Shown: in pieces, positions 37,497 through 47,408 of the stretch
How the letters are laid out: each line of letters starts with the position of its first letter
How positions within the stretch are numbered: position 1 is the first letter of the stretch
Origin: a virus
Strand: one strand, 5' to 3'
IMG/VR virus record: IMGVR_UViG_3300002054_000003
Location: 1 to 49,464 of that record
DNA: 49,464 nucleotides
Made by a program: the position numbers and the translations under genes
Notes under the pieces: generated by a model
Database searches by the model: none
What the model saw: only the letters and a program-made list of their open reading frames with translations
What the model was told of the DNA's origin: nothing

Positions 37497-37915
37497 CTAT
37501 CCATCGAAAATTTCGCGTAGGTGATACTGTTTTTTATGGCAGTAATGAAGTTGGTCAAGAAATCGGAAAAGTTGTAGGTTATGATGGTTCATGGAACATT
37601 GTACGTTTTGATGAAAATGAACTTAACGATACTCTTTTGTCTGATGCAGAATTAGAACGTCATGTTCCGTATTCTGTTGATGTAAAAGACAACACGACAA
37701 CACATAAAGAAGCGGTGAACCATCCTAATCATTACAATTCACATCCGAGTGGAATTGAATGCATTGAAGTAGTTCGTCACATGAACTTCAATCTTGGAAA
37801 TGCGATTAAATATCTTTGGCGTACTGATCACAAAGACGCACCAATAGAGGATTTAGAAAAAGCTGTTTGGTATATTCAAGACGAAATTGCACGACTGAAA
37901 AAGCTTGCAAAGTGA
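37493..37915 (+). CDS. DUF3310-like protein
   Basis: VNHPNHYN...GIECIEV......FNLGNAIKYLWR...K....DLEKA.WYI is the hallmark of the family. Confidence 0.7.
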   Translation: MTIHRKFRVGDTVFYGSNEVGQEIGKVVGYDGSWNIVRFDENELNDTLLSDAELERHVPYSVDVKDNTTTHKEAVNHPNHYNSHPSGIECIEVVRHMNFNLGNAIKYLWRTDHKDAPIEDLEKAVWYIQDEIARLKKLAK

Positions 37916-40224
37916 ATCTGAATTTACCGTACATAACGTGGCGCGAAATGCCGCCACTAAGACCGGGTGCGAAACCAAGAAAAGTTCCTTGGAATTCTTC
38001 TGTTTCACCCGGTGTTTCACCTGAATTTAATCCACATGATCCTTCATGGTGGATGACTTCTGATGAATGCGATCAGGCAATAGCAAACCACCCTGATTTA
38101 CAGTTACGAAAAGGTGTTGTCCTATCTGATAACGATCCATATTTTCTTCTTGATCTTGATGATTGTCATGATGGTAATGATTGGTCTGATGGTGCTAAAA
38201 ACATTCTTCAGTTGTTTCCGACTGCGGCTGTAGAAGTATCCATTAATGGTCGCGGTCTTCATATCATAGGGCAGTGTAATAGCGCTGCACTTGGTGAACG
38301 AAGAAACAAATTTAATCTTTATGGTGTAGAATGTGAGTTCTATCACACAGGACGTTTTATCGCCCTTGGTCATGGATTTTCAGGGACGTTCGATCTTGAT
38401 TGGACAGCAAATCTTCAGGCACTTCTTCCAACCCGTGAGATTGTCACAAAGCTTGAATTGGTTGATCAAGCTGATGATGAATGGTCGGGGCCATCAGACG
38501 ATGATGAACTAATAAAACTTATGACTGCTTCCCGTGGTTCAGCAGCACAAATGTTTGGTGATAAAGCCACTGTGGAAGACTTGTGGTCAGCAAATGTAGA
38601 AGTTCTTGCAAGACATTTTCCATCTGTTTCAGGTGATCAATTTGATCGATCATCAGCTGATGCAGCGTTGATGTCTCACCTTGCTTTTTGGACCGGTAAG
38701 AACACCGCGCGTATGGATCGATTGTTTAGGCGATCGGGTTTGATGCGTCCCAAATATGACAAACATGGTAACTATGATTATGCCGGTCATACGATATCAG
38801 GTGCTGTTGCAAATACTCGAAATGTTTACAAGCAATCACCAAAATCCGCACCACAACAAAAGGTTGAATTACCTACCATCACTGACGTTCAGGAAGAAAC
38901 ACCAAAAGTAGATTTGGTTGCTGATGGTTATGGTGAAATCATGTCGATTGAAGAACAGAACCAGTTCTTCAAAGGATGTGTTTATGTTGCCCGTGAACAT
39001 GTGATTTTGACACCGCAAGGTTTGCTTTTAAAACCCGCTCAATTCAAAACCGTTTATGGTGGACATTGTTTCATTATGTCTTCAGACGGTTCCCGTCCTA
39101 GCTATAATGCATTTGAAGCATTCACTGAAAATCGTGTAACGCGATTCCCTAAAGTTTATCGTACCAGATTTAAGCCACAGTTGCCTTTTGGACAAAGCGT
39201 AGGTGGTGATGGTGTTAACTGCTACATGCCGCCACAGATTGACACGTATGAAGGTGATGTTTCACGAATTTTAGACCTTCTTCAGAAAATTTTACCTGTT
39301 GAACGCGATCGGCAAATTCTTCTTTCTTGGATGGCTGCACTTGTTCAATATCCCGGTGTGAAATTTCTTTGGTCACCAGTTCTTCAAGGTACGAAAGGTA
39401 ATGGTAAATCAATTTGGGGTGCGATCTTAACTTATTGCGTCGGTGAAAAATATTCATGGGAACCAAAACCTAAAAAACTTGACGCGCAATTTAATGCATT
39501 TCTTGGGAAACGTCTTTTTGTCCATGTGGATGAAATGTCTATGTTCGGAAAATACGAAATGCTTGATACCATTAAAGATTACATCAGCGGAATGACACAG
39601 GAACTTGAAAGAAAAGGTGTTGATGCTGAAATGGACCCTGATTATTGCGCGAATTGGTTCTTTTCGTGCAATCCAAAAGACGCTGTAATTAAAGAACGTG
39701 ATGACAGACGTTTATCTGTATTTTTCACAGCGCAACAAAGCCGTGAAGACATGGCTGCAGCAGGCATGTTAACTGACGATTATTTTCCGAGATTATGGAA
39801 GTGGTTGCGTAGCGAAGGCGGTTTTGCCATGATGCGACACTTCTTGCTTCATTATGAGATTCAGCCCGAATTCAACCCTGCAAAAGGATGTTTCCTTGCA
39901 CCTGACACCTCGTCTACAGATGAAGCCGTATCCGCTTCCTATGGCGTTGCTGAACAACACGTGATTGAAGCTGTGGAAGGTGAATTAATGGGCTTTAAAG
40001 GTGGATGGTTATCGACTGCCAAGGTCAATGAACTTTTGAACAGTGTAGGTATCAAACGTTCACCAAGAAAAATCGCGATCATGCTTGAAGGAATTGGTTA
40101 CGAATTTAAACTTCGTTCCACACGTCCTTTGATGCATGAAGGAAATGCTAAACCAAGGTTGTATGGTCTACCTTCAGTCAACGGTGGTTTAGATGAATAT
40201 GAATACGCACAAGGTTACAAATAA
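37912..40224 (+). CDS. Primase-polymerase (AEP) fused to a D5/P4-type SF3 helicase
   Basis: FLLDLDDC and NGRGLHIIG are AEP motifs. GTKGNGKS is Walker A and LFVHVDEM is Walker B. The start is uncertain; I chose the GTG at 37912 overlapping the previous stop, while the track start is 37867. Confidence 0.8.
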   Translation: MNLNLPYITWREMPPLRPGAKPRKVPWNSSVSPGVSPEFNPHDPSWWMTSDECDQAIANHPDLQLRKGVVLSDNDPYFLLDLDDCHDGNDWSDGAKNILQLFPTAAVEVSINGRGLHIIGQCNSAALGERRNKFNLYGVECEFYHTGRFIALGHGFSGTFDLDWTANLQALLPTREIVTKLELVDQADDEWSGPSDDDELIKLMTASRGSAAQMFGDKATVEDLWSANVEVLARHFPSVSGDQFDRSSADAALMSHLAFWTGKNTARMDRLFRRSGLMRPKYDKHGNYDYAGHTISGAVANTRNVYKQSPKSAPQQKVELPTITDVQEETPKVDLVADGYGEIMSIEEQNQFFKGCVYVAREHVILTPQGLLLKPAQFKTVYGGHCFIMSSDGSRPSYNAFEAFTENRVTRFPKVYRTRFKPQLPFGQSVGGDGVNCYMPPQIDTYEGDVSRILDLLQKILPVERDRQILLSWMAALVQYPGVKFLWSPVLQGTKGNGKSIWGAILTYCVGEKYSWEPKPKKLDAQFNAFLGKRLFVHVDEMSMFGKYEMLDTIKDYISGMTQELERKGVDAEMDPDYCANWFFSCNPKDAVIKERDDRRLSVFFTAQQSREDMAAAGMLTDDYFPRLWKWLRSEGGFAMMRHFLLHYEIQPEFNPAKGCFLAPDTSSTDEAVSASYGVAEQHVIEAVEGELMGFKGGWLSTAKVNELLNSVGIKRSPRKIAIMLEGIGYEFKLRSTRPLMHEGNAKPRLYGLPSVNGGLDEYEYAQGYK

Positions 40225-40236
40225 GGAAACTAAAAC

Positions 40237-42558
40237 ATGACTGATCAATTCCATGCACCAATTGCTGAACAAATTTGGCGTGACAAATATCAGCTGAAAG
40301 AAATGGACGGTACACCAATTGATGTAACCGTTGAAGATTCATGGGTGCGAATTGCAAATGCTCTTGCTGAAGGTGAAGCGTCTCAGGTCAGAAAACATTA
40401 CGCATCTAAATTTTTTGAAGCACTTTCTGATTTCAAATATCTTCCCGCGGGTCGCATTACAGCCGGTGCCGGGACAGGACGAAATGTAACTTTGTTCAAC
40501 TGCTTTGTCATGGGAACAATTCCTGATTCTATGGATGGAATTTTCAGCATGTTGAAAGAAGCTGCACTGACCATGCAACAAGGTGGTGGAATTGGTTATG
40601 ACTTCAGCACCATTCGCCCGAAAGGTGCGCCTGTGGTTGGTGTAGCAGCTGATGCAAGCGGTCCACTAACCTTCATGGACGTGTGGGACGCCATGTGTCG
40701 TACAGTCATGTCTGCAGGCGCACGCCGCGGCGCTATGATGGCTACAATGCGATGTGATCACCCTGACATTATGAATTTTATCACCGCGAAAAAAGACGCT
40801 CTGAAGCTTCGCATGTTTAATCTTTCAGTTCTTGTGACTGATGATTTTATGAAGGCGGTAAAAAATGATGATGAATGGGTATTTATGTGGAATGGTGAAC
40901 GTTACGGTGATCCAGTTTCCGCCCGTGAATTGTGGGATATGATTCTTCAGTCCACATATGATCAAGCTGAACCCGGTGTGATCTTTATCGATCGAATTAA
41001 TCAGAAAAACAATCTTCGATATTGTGAAACTATTTCTGCAACAAATCCATGTGGTGAACAACCATTACCACCTTATGGCGCGTGCCTTCTTGGGTCTATC
41101 AATCTTGCAAAGCTTGTGAAAAATAAATTTACTGAATTTGCAAGGATAAATTGGAATGAACTTGCTGTATTGGTTCATTCAGCAGTTCGTATGATGGATA
41201 ATGTTGTAGATGTTTCAAAATTCCCTCTTACGGATCAGCTGGACGAAGCGCAAGCAAAACGCCGTATTGGTTTAGGTGTTACTGGTCTTGCTGATGCTTT
41301 GATCATGATGAAACTTACTTATGGTTCTGATGAAGCTGTAAAAGTAACTGAAGATATTATGCGTTTCATTGATCATGAAGCTTATCGTGCATCTATCGAA
41401 TTAGCGAAAGAAAAAGGTGCTTTTCCATTATTTAATGCTGATGAATTTCTTGCTGAAGGAACCCATGCTTCAACGTTAGATGACGCGCTTAAAAATTTAA
41501 TTCGTGAACATGGTATACGAAATGCTTTGCTCACATCTATTGCACCAACAGGAACTATTTCACTTTACGCAGGAAATGTTTCTTCAGGTATCGAACCTGT
41601 TTTTGCATTTTCTTACACACGAAAAGTTCTTGAAAAAGACGGATCACATCGCGAAGAAACCGTTGAAGATTACGCGGTAACGAAATATATTGAAATGTGG
41701 TGTAACGGTTTAGTTGGTGATGACTCTGAACGTGAAGATGACGTTCATTCAGGCGATTGGTCTGAAGATTTTCTTCCTGATTATTTCGTATCTGCCCAAA
41801 CACTGACACCTGAAGCGCATGTGCGAATGCAAGCCGCGGCGCAAAAGTGGGTGGATTCTTCGATCAGTAAAACGATTAATGTTCCTGAAGAAATCAGTTA
41901 TGAAGATTTCAAAGAAGTTTATATGCTGGCATGGGAACTTGGATGCAAAGGGTGCACTACATATCGTCCAAACGATATTACAGGGTCGGTTTTATCGGTG
42001 GAAAAGGCTGATACTGAAGAAGCACCGCTGATCGATCCTACTAAGCCTGTGGCACGTCCTGAAGCGATTGATGGTGCAACATACAAAATCAAGTTTAATG
42101 ACGATGTGCACGCGTTATACGTGACGATCAATCACGTGACAGAACCAGACGGAACCAAGCGACCGTTTGAAATCTTCCTGAACACTAAAAATGTGAACCA
42201 TCACGTGTGGGCTGTGGCGCTTACTCGCATGATGTCAGCTGTTTTCCGTATGTCGCACGATTCGCGATTTGTGGTGGAAGAATTGAAAGCGGTATTCGAT
42301 CCGAAAGGTGGTGCATGGATGAAAGGTACTTACGTTCCTTCTGTTCTTGCCGCGATCGGAAACACAATTGAAGAACACATGATTTCGATCGGTTACATCA
42401 CCGTTGATGACAAGGTTGAAGTGAAACCTGAAACCATGGTAACTGATATGAGTAAACCACCTGAAGACGATCCATGCCCTAACTGTGGTTCGTATGAATT
42501 CAAAAGCGAAGCAGGATGTGAAGTCTGCTTATCATGCGGTTATTCCAAATGCGGATAA
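40237..42558 (+). CDS. nrdJ: Class II (adenosylcobalamin-dependent) ribonucleotide reductase
   Basis: TNPCGEQPLPPYGACLLGSINL is the active-site loop. It has a monomeric-type N-terminal region and a C-terminal CPNCG...CEVCLSCG zinc ribbon. Confidence 0.85.
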   Translation: MTDQFHAPIAEQIWRDKYQLKEMDGTPIDVTVEDSWVRIANALAEGEASQVRKHYASKFFEALSDFKYLPAGRITAGAGTGRNVTLFNCFVMGTIPDSMDGIFSMLKEAALTMQQGGGIGYDFSTIRPKGAPVVGVAADASGPLTFMDVWDAMCRTVMSAGARRGAMMATMRCDHPDIMNFITAKKDALKLRMFNLSVLVTDDFMKAVKNDDEWVFMWNGERYGDPVSARELWDMILQSTYDQAEPGVIFIDRINQKNNLRYCETISATNPCGEQPLPPYGACLLGSINLAKLVKNKFTEFARINWNELAVLVHSAVRMMDNVVDVSKFPLTDQLDEAQAKRRIGLGVTGLADALIMMKLTYGSDEAVKVTEDIMRFIDHEAYRASIELAKEKGAFPLFNADEFLAEGTHASTLDDALKNLIREHGIRNALLTSIAPTGTISLYAGNVSSGIEPVFAFSYTRKVLEKDGSHREETVEDYAVTKYIEMWCNGLVGDDSEREDDVHSGDWSEDFLPDYFVSAQTLTPEAHVRMQAAAQKWVDSSISKTINVPEEISYEDFKEVYMLAWELGCKGCTTYRPNDITGSVLSVEKADTEEAPLIDPTKPVARPEAIDGATYKIKFNDDVHALYVTINHVTEPDGTKRPFEIFLNTKNVNHHVWAVALTRMMSAVFRMSHDSRFVVEELKAVFDPKGGAWMKGTYVPSVLAAIGNTIEEHMISIGYITVDDKVEVKPETMVTDMSKPPEDDPCPNCGSYEFKSEAGCEVCLSCGYSKCG

Positions 42559-42576
42559 TCTGAAATTTCAGAAGGT

Positions 42577-42607
42577 AAAACGCCCGGTAAATTTACCGGG
42601 CGTTTTT
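42577..42607. terminator. Bidirectional rho-independent terminator between convergent operons
   Basis: AAAACGCCCGGTAAA/TTTACCGGGCGTTTT is a perfect palindrome flanked by an A-run and a T-run. Confidence 0.8.
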
Positions 42608-43322
42608 AATTGAAAAGATCATTTGGTTTTCGCCAAACTGCTTCAGCACTTTTTGATCCGTTTCGCCGGCCGCGTGATGAAACGACTTCACAAAGTGGTT
42701 CAAAATCCATCCAAGTTGCACCTACATTTTCACATACGTCTGCTGAACCCGGTAAATTCTGACACCATTTACTTAATTCAACAAAATCTAAATTACTATG
42801 TGGATAACGTGAACCCGGAACATTGTTATATGGTGGGTCTACATGATAATGCGCTTCAATTAATGGTATTTTATCCCAAGTACATTGATCAATTGACCAA
42901 TTTTTAATATTTGGTTTTTGTGAAATAATTCGTTGTTTTACTGGTAATCCCCATACTCTACAATCTTTTGAATTACGCCAAGTAAAATACCAAGGAGATA
43001 ATTTATTTGTTGGTTCAGCGCGCCCTTTTGCGACCCAAAATCTTACTAATAATTGAGGTCCACGGGAAAGCTAAAAAACTTGATCCATATTTTCAAATTT
43101 ATCAGGAATAGACATAATATCAGATTCAGAAGAATGAATAAGAAAATCCCAAAGATCACAAATATCAAATGATACATCATATAATTTTGCTTGGTGAACA
43201 TTCCAACGCGTTGAATAGCAAGCAGAGCCTGCAAATGGTTCAACAACCACAGGGTAACGTGGTGGACCTAAATATGAAGATGCTGTATATTTCGCACCAT
43301 AATAACTAAAAAATGGCTTCAT
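42606..43322 (-). pseudogene. Dam-like (D12-class) N6-adenine DNA methyltransferase interrupted by one in-frame TAG at 43071-43073
   Basis: The N-terminal 83 aa carry YYGAKY and EPFAGSA (motif I). Continuing in the same frame past the TAG gives 154 more aa that include HVDPPYNN (motif IV). Confidence 0.75.
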
Positions 43323-43651
43323 AATAATTTTTCAACATCCGGTGGTAGTGATACACCAGATGGTAAAGCTGCAGGTGGTGCAACAGGTATTTGCGGTGAT
43401 GTTACGCCAGTTGGAAGCATTGTTTCAGGTGCCACATCAGAAGCAGCTTTTTCTTGAATTGGGTAATTCAACCGTGACCATGCTTTAATAGTTTCGTTCG
43501 GTCGCATACCAAACCAACGACCACCACGCTTTTGATAGTCTTCCCAAATAAAATACGTGACTTTAAACGTCTTAACGCCTTCAAGCGCCACAAGAATTTG
43601 TTCGCTGTTGTCACGCGGCATATCTTCAAGGTCTTCATTCCAAGTAATCAC
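43319..43651 (-). CDS. Hypothetical protein (possibly DUF551-like)
   Basis: ORF track, with a 4-nt overlap on its neighbours. Confidence 0.5.
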   Translation of the reverse strand: MITWNEDLEDMPRDNSEQILVALEGVKTFKVTYFIWEDYQKRGGRWFGMRPNETIKAWSRLNYPIQEKAASDVAPETMLPTGVTSPQIPVAPPAALPSGVSLPPDVEKLL

Positions 43652-43857
43652 GGTAAAAACAAGTCCTTCGATTTAATGTTAGGATGAGTCACGACCATGA
43701 ACGCTAATGGTTCTTCACCTTCTAGTAAACCTGTCCATGTTCGATCGTAAGGATTCCAAATGCAACGCCGCACTTTTTTAGAGTGTTTGACAGCAATCAT
43801 GATAAATTGTCTGTCATTCCGCGGTGCGGCCCACATATTGAAATTCCAACTGAACAT
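43648..43857 (-). CDS. Hypothetical protein
   Basis: ORF track, coupled to its neighbours. Confidence 0.5.
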   Translation of the reverse strand: MFSWNFNMWAAPRNDRQFIMIAVKHSKKVRRCIWNPYDRTWTGLLEGEEPLAFMVVTHPNIKSKDLFLP

Positions 43858-44336
43858 TATACGCCTGTTATCAATTCTTCAAATTTTTCACGGCAATTAA
43901 GTTTTGTGGCAAGTTCTTTCATGCGCTGAAGTTGTTCCGGCCACCCATCGCGATCAGCAAGACGTGGATTGAAAGTTTTCATGTAAAGATACGCTTCAAG
44001 TTTATCACAAAGGTGAAGACGTTCTTCAGAGAAATAACACGTCAAATGCTGACCAATTGTTTCTTTACGTGAACGTTTTTCAAATTCATCTAACATACCG
44101 GTTAGTTCGGGATTTTTCAGCTTCTTTGGATTAGCCAAATCACCAGCGTCAATTTCACCCACATCATGTGTATGTGCCGCAATAATTTCATCACGTGTTG
44201 CCTCTGGAAACAGGATTAGAAGAAGCGTGACAACACCCCATTGGTGTGCACCGTTCGTTTGATAAAACTGTGACATTTCAGGGTTTTGATGCCAGCGACG
44301 AACCAGACCTGAACGCCAGAATTTAAGGGGTTTCAT
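43857..44336 (-). CDS. HD-domain phosphohydrolase (YfbR-like 5'-deoxynucleotidase)
   Basis: RWH....NGAHQWGV......AAHTHDVGEIDAGDL is an HD-domain metal-binding pattern. Confidence 0.7.
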   Translation of the reverse strand: MKPLKFWRSGLVRRWHQNPEMSQFYQTNGAHQWGVVTLLLILFPEATRDEIIAAHTHDVGEIDAGDLANPKKLKNPELTGMLDEFEKRSRKETIGQHLTCYFSEERLHLCDKLEAYLYMKTFNPRLADRDGWPEQLQRMKELATKLNCREKFEELITGV

Positions 44337-44740
44337 TAATCCATATCCTGTCTTGCGAAAGATTCTTTTTGATCTTTTATTTCTTGTTCAGTCATCACGT
44401 GATTTCGCGCCAATTCAAACATTTCCATACACGTCAGTTCACGTCCTGCTACAGTTGTTGCTTCATCCAACTTTTCACGCCATGTGACTACGCCTTGACC
44501 ATGCTGTAAAGTCACTGGTGGAGGCGCTACAGGTTCTTGAATGAACGTTTTGTACTGTGCGTTCGAAGCTGCGAACGCAGCCTTTGTGATTAAAATCTGC
44601 GCCCGTATCGTTTCTGCAAAGTCACCTTTTGGTGCAGCTGAAAGAAGCACTTCTTCAAGTTTATAAATTCTCATTTGCAAATCCACAAAAAGAGCGTTTG
44701 CGTTTGAATCTAGAAGGTCACTGATAATCATTCTTTCCAC
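44336..44740 (-). CDS. Hypothetical protein
   Basis: ORF track. Confidence 0.5.
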   Translation of the reverse strand: MERMIISDLLDSNANALFVDLQMRIYKLEEVLLSAAPKGDFAETIRAQILITKAAFAASNAQYKTFIQEPVAPPPVTLQHGQGVVTWREKLDEATTVAGRELTCMEMFELARNHVMTEQEIKDQKESFARQDMD

Positions 44741-45132
44741 CCGTAAAAATCTATATTCCCATCTTCAGTTGTGTCAGGAAGATTAGCAAAGTGACGATCG
44801 GGAACATCAATCATGACAGGTTGCCCGTAACCCAATGACCATCCATGCGATGACCAACAAACGTGACGCCATTTACCACGGTGAAGTGCTAAGCATTCAA
44901 AACCAGTTTCACGCAATTCAGGTGGTAAATCCCATTGTTTTACTTCTTCTGAACTTAGATCGTCTTCATAAACTAGTTCAAGATTTGCTGGTTCACTGAA
45001 ATTTAAGCAAAATCCTTCATAATTGATTTCAAAACCCGGTGAGAGAAACCAATTGTGACCATCATTGGTTTTCAGAACACAAACTTTTTCATTTGTTGCT
45101 TTATCACGAAGATATAAACGATTTTCTGCCAT
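44728..45132 (-). CDS. Hypothetical protein
   Basis: I chose the ATG at 45132 (MAENRLYL...) rather than the track start at 45168. Confidence 0.5.
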   Translation of the reverse strand: MAENRLYLRDKATNEKVCVLKTNDGHNWFLSPGFEINYEGFCLNFSEPANLELVYEDDLSSEEVKQWDLPPELRETGFECLALHRGKWRHVCWSSHGWSLGYGQPVMIDVPDRHFANLPDTTEDGNIDFYGWKE

Positions 45133-45133
45133 T

Positions 45134-45292
45134 TCACAAAGCCTGTAAAATAGTGGGTAGAAGAACAAGTACGGTCAGTGTGACAAGTGAAATCCATGCA
45201 CGGCGAATTTCTGCAAGAATTAAACGTACTTTTTCACGAAAAACTTCACGTTCGATTTCTTCTTGAATTTTCAGTTGTGGGAAGGTGTTCAT
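45134..45292 (-). CDS. 52-aa protein with a C-terminal TM helix (below the ORF-track cutoff)
   Basis: My manual translation gives MNTFPQLKIQEEIEREVFREKVRLILAEIRRAWISLVTLTVLVLLPTILQAL. The RBS is weak. Confidence 0.3.
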   Translation of the reverse strand: MNTFPQLKIQEEIEREVFREKVRLILAEIRRAWISLVTLTVLVLLPTILQAL

Positions 45293-45442
45293 TATTCATG
45301 CTTTCTTTCGATGCTGTTACATAGACTTTAACGCAACGGGCTTTCCCGTTTCGTCTTACTTGTCGCCAACGATTATGACCATTTTCTGATCACGTCCATT
45401 CATTTCATATGACTGATAACCCATCTTCATTCCCTTTATATT

Positions 45443-45476
45443 TTCACGGGTGGATATCCCACCATCCACCCGTGAA
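45443..45476 (-). terminator. Stem-loop downstream of the porin gene (no U-tract)
   Basis: A 13-bp perfect stem (TTCACGGGTGGAT/ATCCACCCGTGAA) with an 8-nt loop. Confidence 0.35.
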
Positions 45477-45502
45477 GGTCCGGTGCCGAAACACCTGTAG
45501 CG

Positions 45503-46261
45503 TTAGAATGAAAAACCTACGCGCAATTCACCGCGGGAACCAAGATCACCGTTTGCCAGTTTTCCGCCAAAGAACATGCCTGACGAACCAACAAGTACAT
45601 CAACGCCTAGCGTCACTTCTTCATCAGTGTTAAAGCCACCATAGGCAAACACACGTCCGGTGCTGATACCTGTTTGAAGTTCTGCACCACCGACTGAACC
45701 AAGTTCGATACCACCGGCAAAACCGTTTTCAAACACGTGACGATATCCAGCGAAGATGTTGGCTATGATGCTTTCGTCTTCATCCAATGTGACAACATCA
45801 GTGAAAACTTCACCAAGATATTCAGGACTGCGATTCCAGTTGCCTTGATCGTTATTTGCTGACGTAAATATAAGGTCTTCATGCGTTCCAAGCCAAATGC
45901 CGTTTGTGCCATAACGAGCGATTTCATTTGTTGCTGTTGACCAAGGATTTTGCACGATCGGAAGTGCAGTCAGTTCAGGTGAATTGTTCCAATCTTCAAC
46001 GGAAACATAGCATTTGTGTTCAGAATGATTGTTACCATGCCACGGGCATTTTTTTTCGTGACCATCAGGCACTTCTGTAACCGTGCGATTCACGTCACGC
46101 TTCGTGGTGATACCAACGCCACCATAAAGACCACCCCATGACAGTTGAGGTTTAGCAGGTTCAATCAGCGGTGGACGGTCCCAAGGGCTTTCCAGATTAC
46201 CAGCAAAAGCCACTGTGGAAGACAGGCTGATAACAGCAGCAGTGATCATAAGACGTTTCAT
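45503..46261 (-). CDS. Outer-membrane beta-barrel protein (Omp25/Omp31-like) with a signal peptide
   Basis: Signal peptide MKRLMITAAVISLSSTVAFA, WGGLYGGVG near the N-terminus, and a C-terminal ...GELRVGFSF ending in Phe. AAGGAA lies 6 nt upstream of the ATG at 46261. Confidence 0.75.
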   Translation of the reverse strand: MKRLMITAAVISLSSTVAFAGNLESPWDRPPLIEPAKPQLSWGGLYGGVGITTKRDVNRTVTEVPDGHEKKCPWHGNNHSEHKCYVSVEDWNNSPELTALPIVQNPWSTATNEIARYGTNGIWLGTHEDLIFTSANNDQGNWNRSPEYLGEVFTDVVTLDEDESIIANIFAGYRHVFENGFAGGIELGSVGGAELQTGISTGRVFAYGGFNTDEEVTLGVDVLVGSSGMFFGGKLANGDLGSRGELRVGFSF

Positions 46262-46262
46262 T

Positions 46263-46445
46263 TCAGTTTCCTTCACTTTTTACAGGTGATATTTGAACGC
46301 CATGATTATTACGTAACGCCCAAAAAATGTGTGATCCCAACCAACGGCGATCACTATCACTACCATGATCAAACTGACGTTCATCTGTGATTTCATCAGT
46401 TTCAAGATTCTTGGTAATAATTTCTGCAGGAAATGATTTTTTCAT
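46263..46445 (-). CDS. Hypothetical protein
   Basis: ORF track. Confidence 0.45.
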   Translation of the reverse strand: MKKSFPAEIITKNLETDEITDERQFDHGSDSDRRWLGSHIFWALRNNHGVQISPVKSEGN

Positions 46446-46454
46446 TGTTTTTCC

Positions 46455-46646
46455 TTAGTCATGAGTAAGTTTAAGCATTTCGATTTCTTTGACTGCAGAT
46501 TTTAAGCGTTGAAGCATTCTTTCTTTTACAACATCAACAACTTCATCATTTTTCAAACAATTCATCATATCCCGTTGAACATCTGCAGTAAGGGCTTGAA
46601 CAGAATGCATTATGTAAAAATTCCAATCATTAGTTTTACGTGCCAT
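46455..46646 (-). CDS. Hypothetical protein
   Basis: ORF track. Confidence 0.5.
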   Translation of the reverse strand: MARKTNDWNFYIMHSVQALTADVQRDMMNCLKNDEVVDVVKERMLQRLKSAVKEIEMLKLTHD

Positions 46647-46657
46647 TTTTCAATACC

Positions 46658-46864
46658 TTAAGTTACGTTGACAAGTGCTGCTGCAACGATCGTGATGACC
46701 AAGAACGGTGTAGCAAATGATGTTGCATGAAGTTTGTACATGACCGCGACAAGAAGTGCTGCAGCAGCTACCATCGAAACGGCAGGATGCGTTTGCACCA
46801 TTGTCTGAAGCATGTCTGTGTACTGAGTTGTGATTTCAGCGGCTTCTACTTTGATCGTTTTCAT
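46658..46864 (-). CDS. Small membrane protein (2 TM helices)
   Basis: ORF track. Two hydrophobic helices. Confidence 0.5.
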   Translation of the reverse strand: MKTIKVEAAEITTQYTDMLQTMVQTHPAVSMVAAAALLVAVMYKLHATSFATPFLVITIVAAALVNVT

Positions 46865-46920
46865 TTCTTCAGTATCCTTACAATTTTTCAGTTTAAGGGT
46901 GATCGAATCACCGTGTAATC

Positions 46921-46950
46921 TTTATAGCAAATGTTGCTAAGTGTTGTCAA
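46921..46950 (-). promoter_or_regulatory. Candidate sigma70-type promoter (minus strand)
   Basis: On the minus strand: TTGACA, ACACTTAGCAACATTTGC (18 nt), TATAAA. The spacer resembles that of the promoter at 48464-48492. Confidence 0.5.
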
Positions 46951-47194
46951 CTGTTGTTTCAGGAATTTTTCTAAGTACATGATTTTCATACTTAATATCA
47001 TATTTATCAAGTAGTTCAGCCATTGACGAATAAATTACGATCCATGGTTGACCACGAAGGTAAACACCAATTGCTTCAGCACGTTCTTTTTCAGTTTGTT
47101 TCGACACGCGAAATCTTTCCAAAATTCTGATAAAGTAAACGATCAGACCAAACTGCATCAATATTGCAATGTATACCACGTCCATAGCAATCAT
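46937..47194 (-). CDS. Membrane protein with an N-terminal TM helix
   Basis: ORF track. Confidence 0.5.
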   Translation of the reverse strand: MIAMDVVYIAILMQFGLIVYFIRILERFRVSKQTEKERAEAIGVYLRGQPWIVIYSSMAELLDKYDIKYENHVLRKIPETTVDNT

Positions 47195-47408
47195 AATAAA
47201 TTTGATCAGCAGGAATTTTTCGGTAAAACCATGATATGAAACGATTCATTCTTTATCCCTCAAATCATAAAAAAGTTTGGTTAGGCACATGCGGATAAAG
47301 CAACCCATCAAACTTTCCCTCTATGCAATCTTGTCTAGCGTCTCTGTTGCGCGCTGCCAGCCTATGGCCTCTCTGCAAAACCTTCCGTGAAATAAATCCA
47401 TGTGATTT

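Noticed and set aside
42623-42907. A 94-aa plus-strand ORF (TTG start) downstream of nrdJ.
   Set aside because: It lies antisense to the DPPY-containing 3' half of the methyltransferase reading frame and beyond the bidirectional terminator. The minus-strand reading is far better supported.
43071-43073. Genome-wide TAG stop-codon reassignment as the explanation for the in-frame amber codon.
   Set aside because: TAG terminates the tape measure gene (19884-19886, with the next gene's ATG overlapping) and the SSB-like gene (31584-31586, followed by a terminator). No suppressor tRNA is encoded.
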